DNA of 61,489 nt, filler included, from Choristocarpus tenellus KU-1152 (GCA_964200185.2; 8 parts of 8 records of this genome joined end to end with filler, not necessarily neighbours in it), one strand, 5' to 3'; counted from the whole stretch's first letter, positions 12,150 through 25,590 are shown. A program made the numbers and translations. The notes: a model not told the origin generated them from the letters alone.

Positions 12150-15100
12150 ATGTCCCAGGGCCTCAGTCAAGATCGCGAGGTGCGAACTACGAGGTGTGGC
12201 AACATCAAATGTTCGAGTGTTTGCCCTAAAATCATTGGCGCAGTTTATGTTAATTTGAAGCTCTGTCGTTGCACAGGTAACAAGAAATCCCCTCTTCCCT
12301 GCCCAATTGAGCGTTCCATTCCCTTTTTTTGTGAATGTGTATCAACTGGTGCCACCCTCAAGGAGGATGAATCGGTCATGTTCTCTTGTCGTCTGGATAA
12401 CGCCAAGGCCGTCACCACCATTCTATCGTGTCTCAGCCATGGCACTAGAAAGGACCAGCACGCCCAGTGTGAGGTGAGTACGCACTCTTCAGTCTTTTGT
12501 AGATCGTCGTGGGTCATACCTGATATTGCCATTTTTTGCTTGGCCCATATTGATACTTTTCAGTCTTCGTCGACTGTTGCGATTGACGTCATTTGCATGA
12601 CTGAGGGGTCTGAGTTGAAGTCAGTTCGTGGCAAGATTTTCTTACTTCGATCTGAGGGGAGTGACCATGCTCCTTCCAGTTTTTTCCACGTTTCATAGCA
12701 TATACCAACTAGCTTTAGTTTTGCCACCGGCCTATCGCATACTTCGAGTCAACTACAAACATCACCACCCTCCATTGCTCCATCTTTTCCCTGTTTGAAC
12801 CCCTCTGAACAAACGCGGACACATGCGCCCCCTCCCAACAATTCACACCCTCGGATATGTGCACCCTATATGCCCAACTCCCCCTGGGCCACGGAAATTG
12901 AGAGGTCAATCCGGATGGCCTGACGTTTGTGGTCACTGGCAAGGCTAAGTTCACGCAGGCTCAGGGGAGCTTGGGCAGGGAACTTTTTCAGGATTTTGAC
13001 TGCGACGGGGATGGGGGCAAGTTTGGCATCAATCTCACCACGTTGCTAGAGTGTCTGCAGATCTTCGGCACCAGTTCCCTGGCACAAACCAGTGTTAGCA
13101 TGGCATACCAGGAGGTACATACATCGGTAGAAAGGGGGTAGACCCGAATGGGGTGGGGTTGGGGAGCCCCAAGAGGGGTTTGCATTCAAGTGTTCTTGAA
13201 GTGTCTTGTCATAGCCCAAGCATTTGTGCTTGTTTCCCCCACATGTAGGACGATTCAATTAAGTCACTACATCATGCTCTATGTGTCTGTATCTCCCTCC
13301 ACCTGCCTGCCTTTACCTTGTCCAGCCCAGTCAGTCAGTCGCCTACTCTATTTTCCATCTTTGGGTAAGCTTGATCATTCACTGCAGACAGTCCACGATT
13401 CCATTGTTTTGCTGGGGGGAGGGTTAATGCCTCCATTGTTTTGGTGCTCTGATTATTGTTTCAGGGACGAACACTGTTCCGCTTGACGCTGGAGGAAGGA
13501 GGCGTGTTTACCAGCTGTGAAATACGTACAGTCTATCAGGTTGGTTCAGTTACATGAGGGGTGTGAGGGATACTAGTGTGCATGTTTGTAACACTGTGAA
13601 AGAAGGGAAGACGGAATGTGTCACCTAAAGAGGTATAAACTTCAGTACTCCAGAGTACTTACTTCATGAAGTGGAACCTGTTTTGGACTCAGTATCAAGC
13701 GAACAGGGATTTAGTATCCATGTAGTGACAGTTTTATTAATGTGAAAGTGAACTGGCGTTGGTGAAGGGGGAAGGGGTGCCCAACAGACATATTTCCTAC
13801 CAAACGTGATGTCCTTAATGTGAATGAACTTAATGTGAATGAAAGGAGTGGCCATGAAAAAGTCTGTCTTCTGCTTTGAACTGCTTTGAACAATTGCACT
13901 GTGGTGCAGAGTCTTGATTTCTCCTGATTTGTGCCTGTGTATACCATATCTGTGACATGAAACCCCGAGCTTTGCTTCCTTGTACTAGACCCACCCTATC
14001 GGAACCCACTGCCACCTGTCACGATAAATAATGCCATAGATCGCTCAAAATTGCCATTGTTATCCATGGTCGCCAACCCTGCATCCTCTCCTCCTTGTGT
14101 CCTTGTCCCTCTGTCTTGTCTGCCACCATATCTTTCTTGGGGATGATAATTTTAGGATGAGGAAGCCATGGAGTTCTCAGCTCTGGCAAAGGCATTCACT
14201 AGTAGAGAGGTAACATGCAAATGCATCCTAAAGTCTGAGTACCTCAAGGTAAGGCCACTAAAGGGCTTTTGTAGTGTGTGTCTATGCTTGTGTCTCCGTG
14301 TCTGGACTGCTTTCTGTTATTGCCTACAAGACCCCAAAATACCATCACGTGAGTGGTACTACCTTGCAAAGTAAAGCAAGGCTCACTAGCAAAACCAGAA
14401 GAACTTCAGGCCTGAATATAATTTTTTCTCTGCCTCCTCTAAATGATCCAGTGGTTGTCTCAATCTCCCCCCCCCCCCAGCAATAGAGTTGGTTTGTTGA
14501 TATGATACTTGCAGAATGCCAAGGGGCATTTAATTTTTCAGTAATATCTGCGCAATCAATTCCAGCAGTGCAGTGATGATCAAATCACAGTCCCTCTCAT
14601 ATTCCACCAAAAAGACCCTTCCCACTAAGTAGGTATTCAAGTGTGTGTTTCCCTTGATAATGCCAACACACCATCTTGCCTGCATGTGCATGTTCCTCTC
14701 CTCACAGGAGGCCTTCCAAGAGTTGGCTGATGTCAATGGCGCCACCTGTGTTACCGTAGTCTTTGGAAATACAGCACCCAACCTAATGCTGTCTGCCTCA
14801 GGTTCCATCGGATCCAGGTTAGGGTTAGGGTTAGGGTTCTCCTACCTCCCCCCTCCCCCCACTCTATAACTCCAGCATCATCACATACCATTCGAGCTTT
14901 GTTGGCATGGAAGCCTGTATGTGCACTGAACAATGCAAGGGCTGTACCAGTTAATTCCGCAATCCACAGCCCCAATATCTAGTTAGTCGTTACCCATAGT
15001 GATAGCATGTACATACCTTAGGGTCTAACCCTAACCCTAACCCTAACCCCAATATTGTTATTGTTGTTATAGTAGAGCAGAGGACTATTAATAGTTTGCC

Positions 15101-16770
15101 CTAACCCTAACCCTAACCCCAATATTGTTATTGTTATTATTGTAGAGCAGACACCTATTAATAGTTTGCCCTAACCCTAACCCTAATCCTTAGCGTTATT
15201 AATATCTTGGTAGGGTTGGGGTTAGGGTTACAACAGTATGTTGCGTGATATGATTGTTGAAGTTCATTGGTAACACAATTTATTGTGGTATTAAATAGTG
15301 TATTGATACCACAATTGACCCTTTTTTTATTTAATTGAGAGGGGTGTCTTTCAGGAGTAGACTGCAGAGTATTTTGTAATACCCTTGAAGGCATTCTTTC
15401 ATAGGCTGGCGTGTCACTCTTGACCGGACCAAGCTAGATGATACAATTGCTTCCTGATAACAAATTTAGTATGTTGCCTTCCGGAGACTGATTAGGGTTG
15501 GGGTTGAGTTACTAATGTGGTACAACTTTCAAAGCCCTATCCCTATGCTATGATTATGGCTGGTGGATTGGCTACTTCTGCCTTGAAGAACGGTCCTGAT
15601 AACAAATTTTGTGTGTTACCTTCCAGAGACCGATTAGAGAGGGTTGAGTTACTAATGTGCTACAATTGCATCCAGCTAGGCATAGACAGACTCCAAGATG
15701 CAAGAGTAAGACATCTATGCATGTTATGTCTACCTCGTACTGTGTTCTTACAACCCCAGTGCTTCAATGAGATATTCATGTATTGGGCTGTACTTGCATG
15801 TTGCACCTATGAATAGTTAGTTCCTCCAAAGTCGGAATGTCACAGACGATCTTGCTCTAGCCCTAACCCTAAGTGGTACGTGTTTCCTCCCCTGTCTACC
15901 CCCTCATCTGTTTTTGCGCCATCTTTTCAGTGAGATTGATTTCCCAAAAACCTCTGAGGCTCTGATCACATTCGATTGTCAGATCCCTCAGGTGTCATGG
16001 ACATATCTCATGGCAGGGATGGAGGTTGGGATGAGGGCGTTACCACATGCAGATGAAACATACTTCCGAGTTAATGAAGAAGGAATACTCTGCATACAGC
16101 ACCAGGTACAAGCATCATCCTTGCCAAATGATAAGTCTCTGTAGTGAATGGATCATGGCAAGATGGAGAGTGGAAATAGGGTACTACTGATACATATACG
16201 CATACAGACATATCTATGCATATCAACAATCTATATATCTCAAAATATCTTACAATCATGTATCGCACTGAAGTGAGCCAATGGGATTGTGCATTTCCCT
16301 GCTGCACAATATACCTGTATGTGTGTGTGTGTGTGTGATATATATACATACACGGAATATAAAACTACAAAACCACCTCAATCTTAAGTGTTGTACATCT
16401 TAGCTCACTCCACTGTCATGTCTCAACCAAATTCTACAAGCAGGATATCATTGGTACAGGTACCCATACAAGAGACCACCCACAGGCAGACAGACGACAC
16501 GTAGACATACCAGCACTCAGACATACAACCTTGATTCATTTTATGACATTTGTTCCTCTTCCACCCTGCTCTCGCATGTTCCGCTGGTGGTGGACGATAC
16601 ATTGTGACTTGTTGATGTGTTTGGGGGGTATTAAAAAAAAAAAGATCCCTATGAATCTTGGTCAAACGAGCTATGTGGATGTTCTCATCTGTCCTGATGC
16701 TCCAGAAGAAGAGGATGATGATGGCATGGAAGACACGAGGATACCAGAGGGTGACCAGGAGGAGGACTGA
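12150..16770 (+). CDS. RAD1: Cell cycle checkpoint protein RAD1 (9-1-1 clamp, Rad1/Rec1/Rad17 family), 8 exons, about 309 aa
   Basis: Exons 12150-12179, 12363-12473, 12905-13114, 13465-13539, 14156-14248, 14708-14817, 15931-16105, 16645-16770 splice in frame (930 nt). Motifs FSCRLDNAKAVTTILSCL, FGINLTTLLECLQIFG, LEEGGVFTSCEI, EIDFP, RVNEEGILCIQHQ, YVDVLICPD and an acidic tail are typical of RAD1. Exon 1 is the least certain. Confidence 0.9.
14818..15228. repeat. Interstitial (TTAGGG)n/(CCCTAA)n arrays with a 70-bp tandem unit in RAD1 intron 6
   Basis: (GTTAGG)3 at 14818-14835; CCCTAA runs at 15025-15050, 15099-15120, 15169-15187 with 70-bp period. Further short arrays at 7696-7710, 10440-10453, 15862-15871, 56444-56470. 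Confidence 0.85.
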
Positions 16771-17091
16771 ACCCTGTCCAAAGACATTTTCACAATAGGC
16801 AGCTCTCTTTTAATATCCACCGAAGTCTCTCATTCAATGGGTATTTTGTTTACTGCTCTAGTAGTAGTCAATAGGAGAAGCAACCCCTGCCAATACAATT
16901 TCCAACACATCATTTTGGTCCTATTCTATGGTGAAATGTACTAAGGAGGCCGATTTTGGTCGGTGGTATGGGATGACAGTGCTTGAAAAAAAATGATTTT
17001 TTTTCTGTAGAATATTTGTCATATCACCAGCAATTAGATCATACCATCACACGAACGCCACATCTGGGAAGTCTATGTACAATTGGTGGAA

Positions 17092-17350
17092 GAGCCAAAG
17101 TATCTTAGAGGGTAGAGCCATGTCCATTTGGGGGCAAAACCCAATGTTGCGATTTTGATGTAATTTTGGTCGCTGTGTTTGTTGGAAGTGTCCATATCCA
17201 TGTTCTGGACACAATATTTCATAACGTATATATTTTACCTACTCCGAAACATTTTGGAGTAGGAAAATGTGATTTTAAAAAAAACATGGGAAGCCAAGCC
17301 CCAAATGGACAAACAGGGCAAAACTCGTACCCTCTAAGATACTTTCACTC
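17092..17350 (+). mobile_element. MITE family B (about 260 bp, Sola2-like TIR)
   Basis: TIR GAGCCAAAGTATCTTAGAGGGTA...TACCCTCTAAGATACTTTCACTC; homologous to 39311-39574, 46077-46336, 46953-47209. Confidence 0.85.
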
Positions 17351-17414
17351 GAAATTGCGGGTACAGTTTGACTGTTGAAAGAAACTGATGGTGGCAGGAT
17401 GTATTTATGTTATA

Positions 17415-17481
17415 GAGTCAATGTATCTTATAGGGTAGAACCGCGTCCATTTAGTGGCCAAAATCCAATGTTGCGATTTTG
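17415..17481 (+). mobile_element. MITE family B, left end truncated by a gap
   Basis: gagtcaatgtatcttatagggtagaaccgcgtccattt...aaatccaatgttgcgattttg. Confidence 0.75.
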
Positions 17482-17581
17482 NNNNNNNNNNNNNNNNNNN
17501 NNNNNNNNNNNNNNNNNNNNNNNNNTTAATTAATTAANNNNNNNNNNNNNNNNNNNNNNNNNNNNNNNNNNNNNNNNNNNN
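17482..17581. other. Artificial assembly linker N44-TTAATTAATTAA-N44
   Basis: Identical 100-bp spacer with six-frame stops, also at 20203-20302, 26503-26602, 32937-33036, 44222-44321, 51253-51352, 55628-55727. Confidence 0.95.
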
Positions 17582-17639
17582 TTTGGGGATACTTTAACAT
17601 AATATATTGAACCTTAGGTTTCCAACCCATCATTTCATC

Positions 17640-20202
17640 ATGTCTCCACGAGGAGATGCGATTCAGGAATTACGGGAACCTGTTCCTTCCGAGGGCCAAT
17701 CTGTCCAAGAATTCAGACAGCTTATGGCGACGGTAGCGGAGCTGTCAAGAAGCGCTGGCAATCTCCTGGTTAAGTCTGAAAGAGTCGGCGACGAAAATCA
17801 TCCCGTCGTCCAGGCCACTGTGCCTAGCACACGGCCTCCGGCTGAGGGTGTACCAGTCGAAGTGGGTCCTATGGAACCAATGTTGAGGGCAAATTTCCCA
17901 GAGAGGGGAAACAGTTTGGATGCTGGGAGCATCAGACGTGGAGCAAGCCGCAGGTCCGGTTCTTCGGAGAGCTTGGGGTCAGGCGCACATATTGTTCACC
18001 CTACGAAAAAGAGATCAAGAACCCAACCACCGAAACTATTGGACGACTTGGACTACCAAGGCTGGCGGAGGCGTTTCATTGTGCATTGCTAATACACTCA
18101 CTGTTTGGATACGTTGACAAGTGAAAGACCAGTCAATCGAGAACGCTCTAACGAGGAACTTCTCTCGGACAGCTTCAGTGCGAATGATATCTGGATGGCC
18201 GAAGAGGACTACCATGCACTTACTGTTGCTCTCGTTGCACCCACCACCAGGGCACTGTGCTATACACACCAAAGCCCGAGCGAGATTATCCGAGCAATAG
18301 ATGATTGGTTCATGCCCAATACAGTGGGTAATAGCCAACACTTGTTCTGTGAGGTTTTCACTTCAAAGGTGGAGAAGGGGGCGAATCCAATCCTGACCTT
18401 TAACCATCTAGAAGAGCTACGAGGGAGGATGCTATCAATAGATCTGGTGATCTCGGACAAGCTGCTGCTCCTACAGTTCCTGAGTACTCTCGGATCAGAT
18501 TACGATACCGAGATACGGATGATGGCCTCGCAGAGAACACTATGTCGAGCAGACATAGAGAAAACTGCTAGAGAGCGATATGGTTCCCTTCAGCAGGGGA
18601 AGGTCTCAAGACACAAGAACAGCCATGCTTTGGTCGTTAACAGCTAATCGCAAGGGAAGATTCAGTCTCATCGTAACGGCCAAGGTCGCGGGGCCAAACG
18701 TAAATTTAATTGTGGAAGAGTGAAACATGGTGCTAATTCCAACCCAAAACGTTCCGAGAAGATTCCTTGTGAGAGATGCGGCAAGCATGGACATGAAAAG
18801 ACAGCTTTCCCAAAACCGCATTTGCACCAAGTGTGGTGGACGTGCCCATGATGCAACAACATGCACTTGGGTGTTCTTGACTACGGTGCAGTCTGGGAAA
18901 GAAGAGATCAAGACTGAGGCGAATCCATCCCATTTACTGTGGAACGTACCACCAGCTGCGGCGACGACGAGCGATACGCACTACTGGTCGCCACTGAGGA
19001 CTCTCCGAGCAGCAATGCTCGAGGCAAGTGTGGGGAAAACGAATGTTTGGTGTCAAGTGATGGGGTTGGCCGCGAGAGGGAAGAATGGATTTTGGACAGT
19101 GCGGCTTCATGTCATGCAACTAATATGATAACTCACATGACAAAATATAAGCCTTCCGTTGGAAACGAAGGGGTAGTTAGTCACTGCCAGCCAAATTCCT
19201 TTTGCATCTCTGGTCATGGTGATCTAATCATCTTGTTTCCGTCATGTGACAACAAGGAGGTAGAAATACTCCTTCAAAATTTCGTTCATGTCCTTGATCT
19301 TGGATTCAACCTTTTCCCTTGCCAAGCAGCAGCTGATAAGGGTGCGAAAAAGGCATTTTCACAGTCAGTACATTCTCTTATTTAGATGGAGTACTTACCT
19401 TCACAAGAGATCCTGGTTGCCACTACACCCTCCATGGTCAACGCATATTGCCGCGACTAAATCGAAATGCTGAACTTGCCTTAAAGGCCACTATAGCCCC
19501 CTCGCTTGAACCCCATGCTCCCCACACCAACGTCGACATTAACCTCTTCCACCGCTCTTATGGCCACGCAAACGAGGCATTGCTCAAGTCCACCGCCACT
19601 TCAATGGGCATTACATTGGTGGGTGAGCTGGAGCTATGTGTGGGCTGCTCTATGTCCAAGGGCATACGGAAGAGCGTTCGGTCCAGCACATCTACAAGGG
19701 CGGTAAGAAAGCTGGATCGGGTTTTTGTCGACTTAAGCGGGAAGAGGACTACCGTTTCAATCGGTGGTAAGCAATACACCATGATAATCCGGGACGATTA
19801 TTCTCGTTTTGTTTGATTGTATTTCCTTCGTGCTAATTCGGATGCCTCCGAAGCCTTCAAGAAGTACCTGGCCAATATCCGGGCTGATGGTACTCCCTCT
19901 CGGGTCATGCGTGTGCGGTCTGATAATGGGGGAGAAGTTTATGAGGGTGCTTTCGGTGCTCTTTGTCGTGATCGTGGGACAAGACAGGAGTTCACACCTG
20001 CAGACAGCCCTCAATTTAATGGGGTTGCTGATTGAATGCTGGGTATTATTGATGAAGCTTCATTAGCTGCCCATATTCAAGCTCCAATACCTTTTCTCCA
20101 TGTTAATATCCCCAAGACCGACTCCCTATGGGCTGAAGCTCAACACTATGTTTGTGCTTCGCTCAATCGCACGTCAACCACGGCTAACCCAGGTTGTAAA
20201 TC
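17640..20202 (+). mobile_element. Decayed Ty1/Copia gag-protease-integrase, cut by gaps on both sides
   Basis: Zn knuckles CERCGKHGH and CTKCGGRAHDATTC, protease WILDSAASCH, GAG-pre-integrase LFHRSYGH...CVGC, integrase VFVDLSG, IIRDDYSRF, RSDNGGE, QFNGVA; multiple stops and frameshifts; PR-IN order is Copia-type. Confidence 0.92.
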
Positions 20203-20367
20203 NNNNNNNNNNNNNNNNNNNNNNNNNNNNNNNNNNNNNNNNNNNNTTAATTAATTAANNNNNNNNNNNNNNNNNNNNNNNNNNNNNNNNNNNNNNNNNN
20301 NNTATGTTTATGTTTATTGAAAAACTATTTTTGTGCTTGCGGCGTGTCGGGGAAATGTGAAGGGGGA

Positions 20368-20400
<33 letters not shown>

Positions 20401-20609
20401 GGTAGGGGTCTCTCCAAGTAAGCAATCCACACGGTCTTGCCTTCCCTGGGCTTAGGATTAGGACATCACGGGGCGAATGACTCGAACGGCTTCACACCAA
20501 GGGCAGGCGATTGATTGCCATGACTGAGACTGCCGTTTCCATCAGATAATTCTAATCTACTTTCTGTAAAAATTATGACTACAAAAAAAAAACTATTCCC
20601 AGAAGAACA

Positions 20610-20650
<41 letters not shown>

Positions 20651-22199
20651 AGACAAAACAGGCAAATTTATATATATATATATTTTATCACTATACTAGA
20701 AAAAAAATAATGAAAGGGCACCTGGGAAGGCGACATCGGTGCGAGAACCAAGGCAAACCTGTCCTAAACAGGTCACCAGGGTTCTATTGACACTCGACGT
20801 TTAATACTGCGACCAACAGACCTCAAAAAAGTTCCCAGCACCCTCCATCCAAAAGCCTACACCTATACCCTAAGAAGGCTGCAATGGCAAAACCTGAGAA
20901 AGTGAACTACTGACAAGGCAGCGGCCATCAGGATAGAACCAGTTACAGTGTATTCGGAGGCGTTTGCTGGGGAGCATGGAGGCGGAAGGGGGGATTGTTT
21001 ATGATACTTGCAACACTTGTCACAGTTACATTTAATACTGACAAAGTGTCATCAGTGAGTTTTGCCCATAGTTCGGGCAAATACCTCACTAAAAGAGGCT
21101 TGCATTGATCAACGATGTGTTCCACTCAAGCACGAATGGCTTTTTGGGTGGGGGGAAGGGGGTGGAAAGGAAAGGAAGCTGCAACAGAAATTGCGAGTTG
21201 TGCAATGCATACCGGACTCTTAGACATGCACATATTTCATTTTTCCTATTGATCTTACAGTCTGGTACCAAGGATACAATATTGTTCTTCCCGTGCTAGG
21301 TGGAAAGTGCCACCCCTTGACTGGCTCTGCTGTTCAACAGCTTGCCATCAATGTGGCAGCATGTAATAACTGGTCTGTTGCACAACTTAAACTATGGTCA
21401 TGTAAAGTAGTCAACAGAGTTCACTGAGATTGAAAGTACCTTCTGCAAAGGCAAACACGCATACCCCCATAATCATATGTATGCATTTCATCAACAACAA
21501 CAAAAAACTTCAGGAGGTTTCTTCAAAATAGTGTAGGGGAAGAGGATGCGATCTTGGAAGTCCGTTTCACTCCGATCACGCCAAATGGTGTACTAAGGCA
21601 CCCTCTTGCAATCTGTACTTGTGGATAACTTAAAACACGTTTACGTCTGACCAGCGTGTTAGTCTACATCTCGTCACCCCTCTCAACCTCCCCCCAGACA
21701 TGGAAATTGTTCACACAATCCCTTGTTGGTGTCACAGACCAACAGATCACTCACGCCATGAGAAAAGGGGGGGACTTGGAGGGTATGTATATCTTGATAA
21801 GACACAAATTAAGCCTCCCAAAAGCGTAACTACCTAGGTTTTCTTCCACGCTAATGAATTAGATATCCTAAGTTCAGGGTTACGGGGTCGGAGAGTAGGC
21901 GTGGTAAGGGGGCGTGGGCGGGATGGGCGTGAAGTTCCCTTGGATGGACCAAAGGTTAAGAACTTGGTGCAAACCATATATACTCTGACCATCATATGTC
22001 ATAGCGCTGTTACACCAGATCCACTAGTTGAGATTTCGAAGGAGAGGAGGGTGAGATAGCAAACTTCAAGCACCCCATTGAAAACGAGTCCCTAACGAGC
22101 ACTACACGGGACAGCAATATCTCATATACATACAAAGAGCGGTCGTTTGAGTGATGGCTCACATACATCGCAAACAGATGCTATAACTTAAGTTCCAGT

Positions 22200-24480
22200 G
22201 CTTGTTCATCCTGGCAAATTCACAACGTTTCCAGAGGTACCTAGGCAGAGGTCAACCGAGTTTTCTTCTTCGATGGGGGGCGATAAAGCGGACAGATTGA
22301 AACAAACCCTCACCGTAATCCTCTCAGCAAAGGCTTCCGCTTTAAAGCTATCCTTCTTCCAGCAATATTATATCCTCTTTGATGGATGCCAGCCCGTACC
22401 CCGTGTGAGCGTTGCTTCTAAGACTGTCGAACTTCCACAAGCTGTCCCTGCCTGCGCCCCTGGATGGGGCAAAAATCCAACGCTAACCACTCCTTGAACC
22501 ACAAAAAGAGGAGAGCCCACTGCCCTCCTCCCTAGCTGATATAGCACAGCTAAGAACGTTCCAAGGCCACCAGACTAATGAACCTTGGGCTGCAAACCAC
22601 AAACCTATCGCCGTTGACAACGGACTTAAAGGTGGAGTCTCCCCACACCTCGACACGCCTCTTGCACAAGAAAAGGAGAGGGAGAAAACGGATGTCCGTG
22701 AAAATTTTTCAAGTCTTCCTGGATTGTTACCAGTATTGTCACGGTTCTTCACCTGTAGACCCCTATCCACGACCTCCTTCCCTTCATTAGGGAGGGTCAG
22801 GCATGAAGTAGGAAAGAGTAAATATCGCGCGGACATCGCGCGATTTCCCATGTTCAACCGCGCGCATGACAACATCCTACATGACGTTATACGACTTTGT
22901 ACCGCAACGTATGCAGACGAGAATGCAATCGACGCATATGTGACGAAAAATTCTGAAACTTCGTCTCGAAAAAAGACAACATATCACTCTTGGACAAGGT
23001 TTCCGGAAGAATATGATTGTGTGGAACTAGGAAGGTGTGCGCAGGTTTGGAGGGACGTGGTCATCAAGGCAACCTAAAACAAAAGGATTGGACAGATTGT
23101 AGTAATTACATAGGTATATCATTGGTGGCACAGAGTGGCACAGTGGTTCTCCGACTTGTTGCGTGACGACTTGGAGATTACCTGGAACGCGAGAACATAC
23201 TCCGGGAGAAGTGTGGTTTCCAGCCTTGAAGCTCAGAGTACAGCTGATGTACTCCCTGCGTGCCCTTCAGAAGCTCCAATGGTAAGGATGTTCTTCAGTT
23301 CATGGGCTTCGTTGACCTACGGAAAGCATATGATCTTGTTTATCGTTCCCAAGTTCGGAGTGCGTGAGAAGATTATCTCGCCAACCACCAGTTCCATAAT
23401 GGAATGTAGACTTTTGTCCACATGGCAATGGAGAATGTACAGACCGGTTCAAGGCTGGACCAGGGCTTCATTAAGGATATGTTCTTAACCCCAAGCATTG
23501 CAATTAAGGTATTTAATGCTGGCCTGGTTATCTCCACGAACCTACCTTGTTAACATCAAAGGAGCTGCGAGAAACAACCAGGTCAGAGGAGGAGGAATTA
23601 GAGGGAGTGGGGTAGCCTGTGGGTTATCCTCTCTGCTGAAAATGGGACCATTATGTCCCAAGGAAGTCTAGGCAGGATGATGACAGTGAGTTTGGAGGCG
23701 GCTAGGACATTCTGACTGACTGCGTCTTACTTGAAGACAGAAACTATGTGCCTTCGACCTCCCAACAAGGTCCCAGAGATTTTGCAGATCTGGAGTTTGG
23801 GTCCGAGCTACAGACTGTTAAGCTTGTGTGCCTTGGAGGCACCATCAGAGATTAATCAGATATCATCACAGAGATCAGTTATTGGGTTCGAAACAACTGG
23901 GACTGTTTCTTTGAGTACAACCAAGTGCTTCATGATAGGACCACAGGTGTGTGTGTGAATTGAGAAAACGATTCACCTGCTCAAGGTGAAGTACCTGAGG
24001 TCCTGTTTTTATCATTTATGTGGCATGGACACTCCCCCAGGCCCACCATGTGAAGCTTCGCTGTCATCAAAGCAAATCTATCCCACGCTACATTGGATTC
24101 TCAGACTAGAATGAAACGAATACACACTGTCCTACAAACGTGCTCTTGTGAAGGCTGGGTGAAAGGGTGCTGAATCGACTGTGAAAATACATAGGTTCCT
24201 TCAAATAGGGACAGCTGCATGCATACGGGATGAGTGTCTCCCAACAATGTTGAGGTTTGAGGAGCGCACAGATGGGAACCAGAAGCAAGGTGGACGGAAG
24301 GATAACAGGTGGATGTGCCCACATGATAATGGCCTTCACAAGTTTAGGGTTGTGGTTAGGCATTGGTATACAAGGGCAACAAACCAACGGATACGGTACA
24401 AGTATGTGTTCGATTGAACAAAAAAATCGTGAAGAAAAGGCAAGCCAGAGAAGCTGTAGCAGCTGACGTATGTCGTGCAA
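22200..24480 (+). mobile_element. Decayed RTE-clade LINE reverse transcriptase
   Basis: QVWRDVVIK (about 23042), DCSNYIGISLVAQSG (about 23095), FVDLRKAYD (23308-23334), KTETM (23734); heavily frameshifted; boundaries approximate. Confidence 0.75.
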
Positions 24481-25408
24481 CGGCAGCTAAGGCAGCCCAA
24501 ACAGATCAGGGTCCATGCACACTCACCACTACCCACTGAATGCTGCTTTTCTCCTTTTGTATTTCCTGTTTATTTTGTGCAGTTATGTCATAAGTGGTAG
24601 TTGGATCTATTGGATCGGGTGTGACACTGAATTTTCTTTTTTTGCACCCTTTCAGCATAGGATGTGAAGATGTGTGAGGACATCAATGGTGTTCTGTCCC
24701 AGCTATTGAGTGCTAGTGTGTTACACTGAAGTCTTACTGGTTTTCCTTATTAAGTCACATTGAGTTGTCTTCTTTCTAGTTCTTTCTTCTTCATCACTTC
24801 TGTGCTCTTCCTCCACCTTTTGACCACAGATTTGTGACCAGTCATATGGTTCTCGGAGGCCACACTGGACAGTGTTCCCTGCATTACCTTTGCGAGTTGG
24901 AACCCCCTTGACGCCAGGTTTCTTTCAGGAGTATCTGATTTCAATTATCCAAATTTCACGTGGCGAGTACTAGTGATTGTTAACCTATACTATCCTGTTC
25001 GTCATTATACTACAAAAACGTGAGGAACCAAAGAATGAGGCGCAAGGATTCATCGACAGGGGACACTGAAGTAGGTCCATCACATGTCGGGATTGGAAGG
25101 AGGAGATGGGATGTCCAGCTGAAGTAGAGTGAATGCAAACCCGATGCACGTTAGAAGCAAGGCATGCGTGGAGGCGATGTATTCGGTAGTAGTGCAACAG
25201 TCAAATACAGTACAATTTGTAATGGGTAGTAATAGAAGTAGTGAGTGTGCTCTACTGACAACAACAAAAAAGCATTTTGAGAAAAAAAGTAATACGCGCG
25301 CGCGCACACACACACATATATACATTGATCAATAATGTAACATCATTTAGTTGTGAAGATACAAACAATGACATCATCAACTACGGTAAGGTGAAAGATG
25401 CTGGTTCA

Positions 25409-25590
25409 GACCCAAAGTATCTGGGGGGATGGGGGGGGTCTACACGAGGGTGTCCATTTTGAACCAAAATCGGGAAAAGTGCATTTGCATTATCCATCCG
25501 ACGTATGGCAGCCAAATCACACAAAAATCGTGATATGAAAAAATTGACCCCAAATGGGTAGCCGCCGCCCCCTCCCAGATACATTGAGCC
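25409..25590 (+). mobile_element. MITE family A (about 180 bp) with 4-bp TSD TTCA
   Basis: TIR GACCCAAAGTATCTGGG...CCCAGATACATTGAGCC; TTCA at 25405-25408 and 25591-25594. Confidence 0.85.

Noticed and set aside
17526-17537. Recurring palindrome TTAATTAATTAA
   Set aside because: Always centred in N44 flanks; a synthetic six-frame stop linker, not biology.
20760-21420. Exon-like minus-strand blocks
   Set aside because: No consistent reading frame or recognisable domain.
24750-25100. Weak Sec7- or lipoxygenase-like peptides on the minus strand
   Set aside because: Similarity is anecdotal and stops interrupt the frames.
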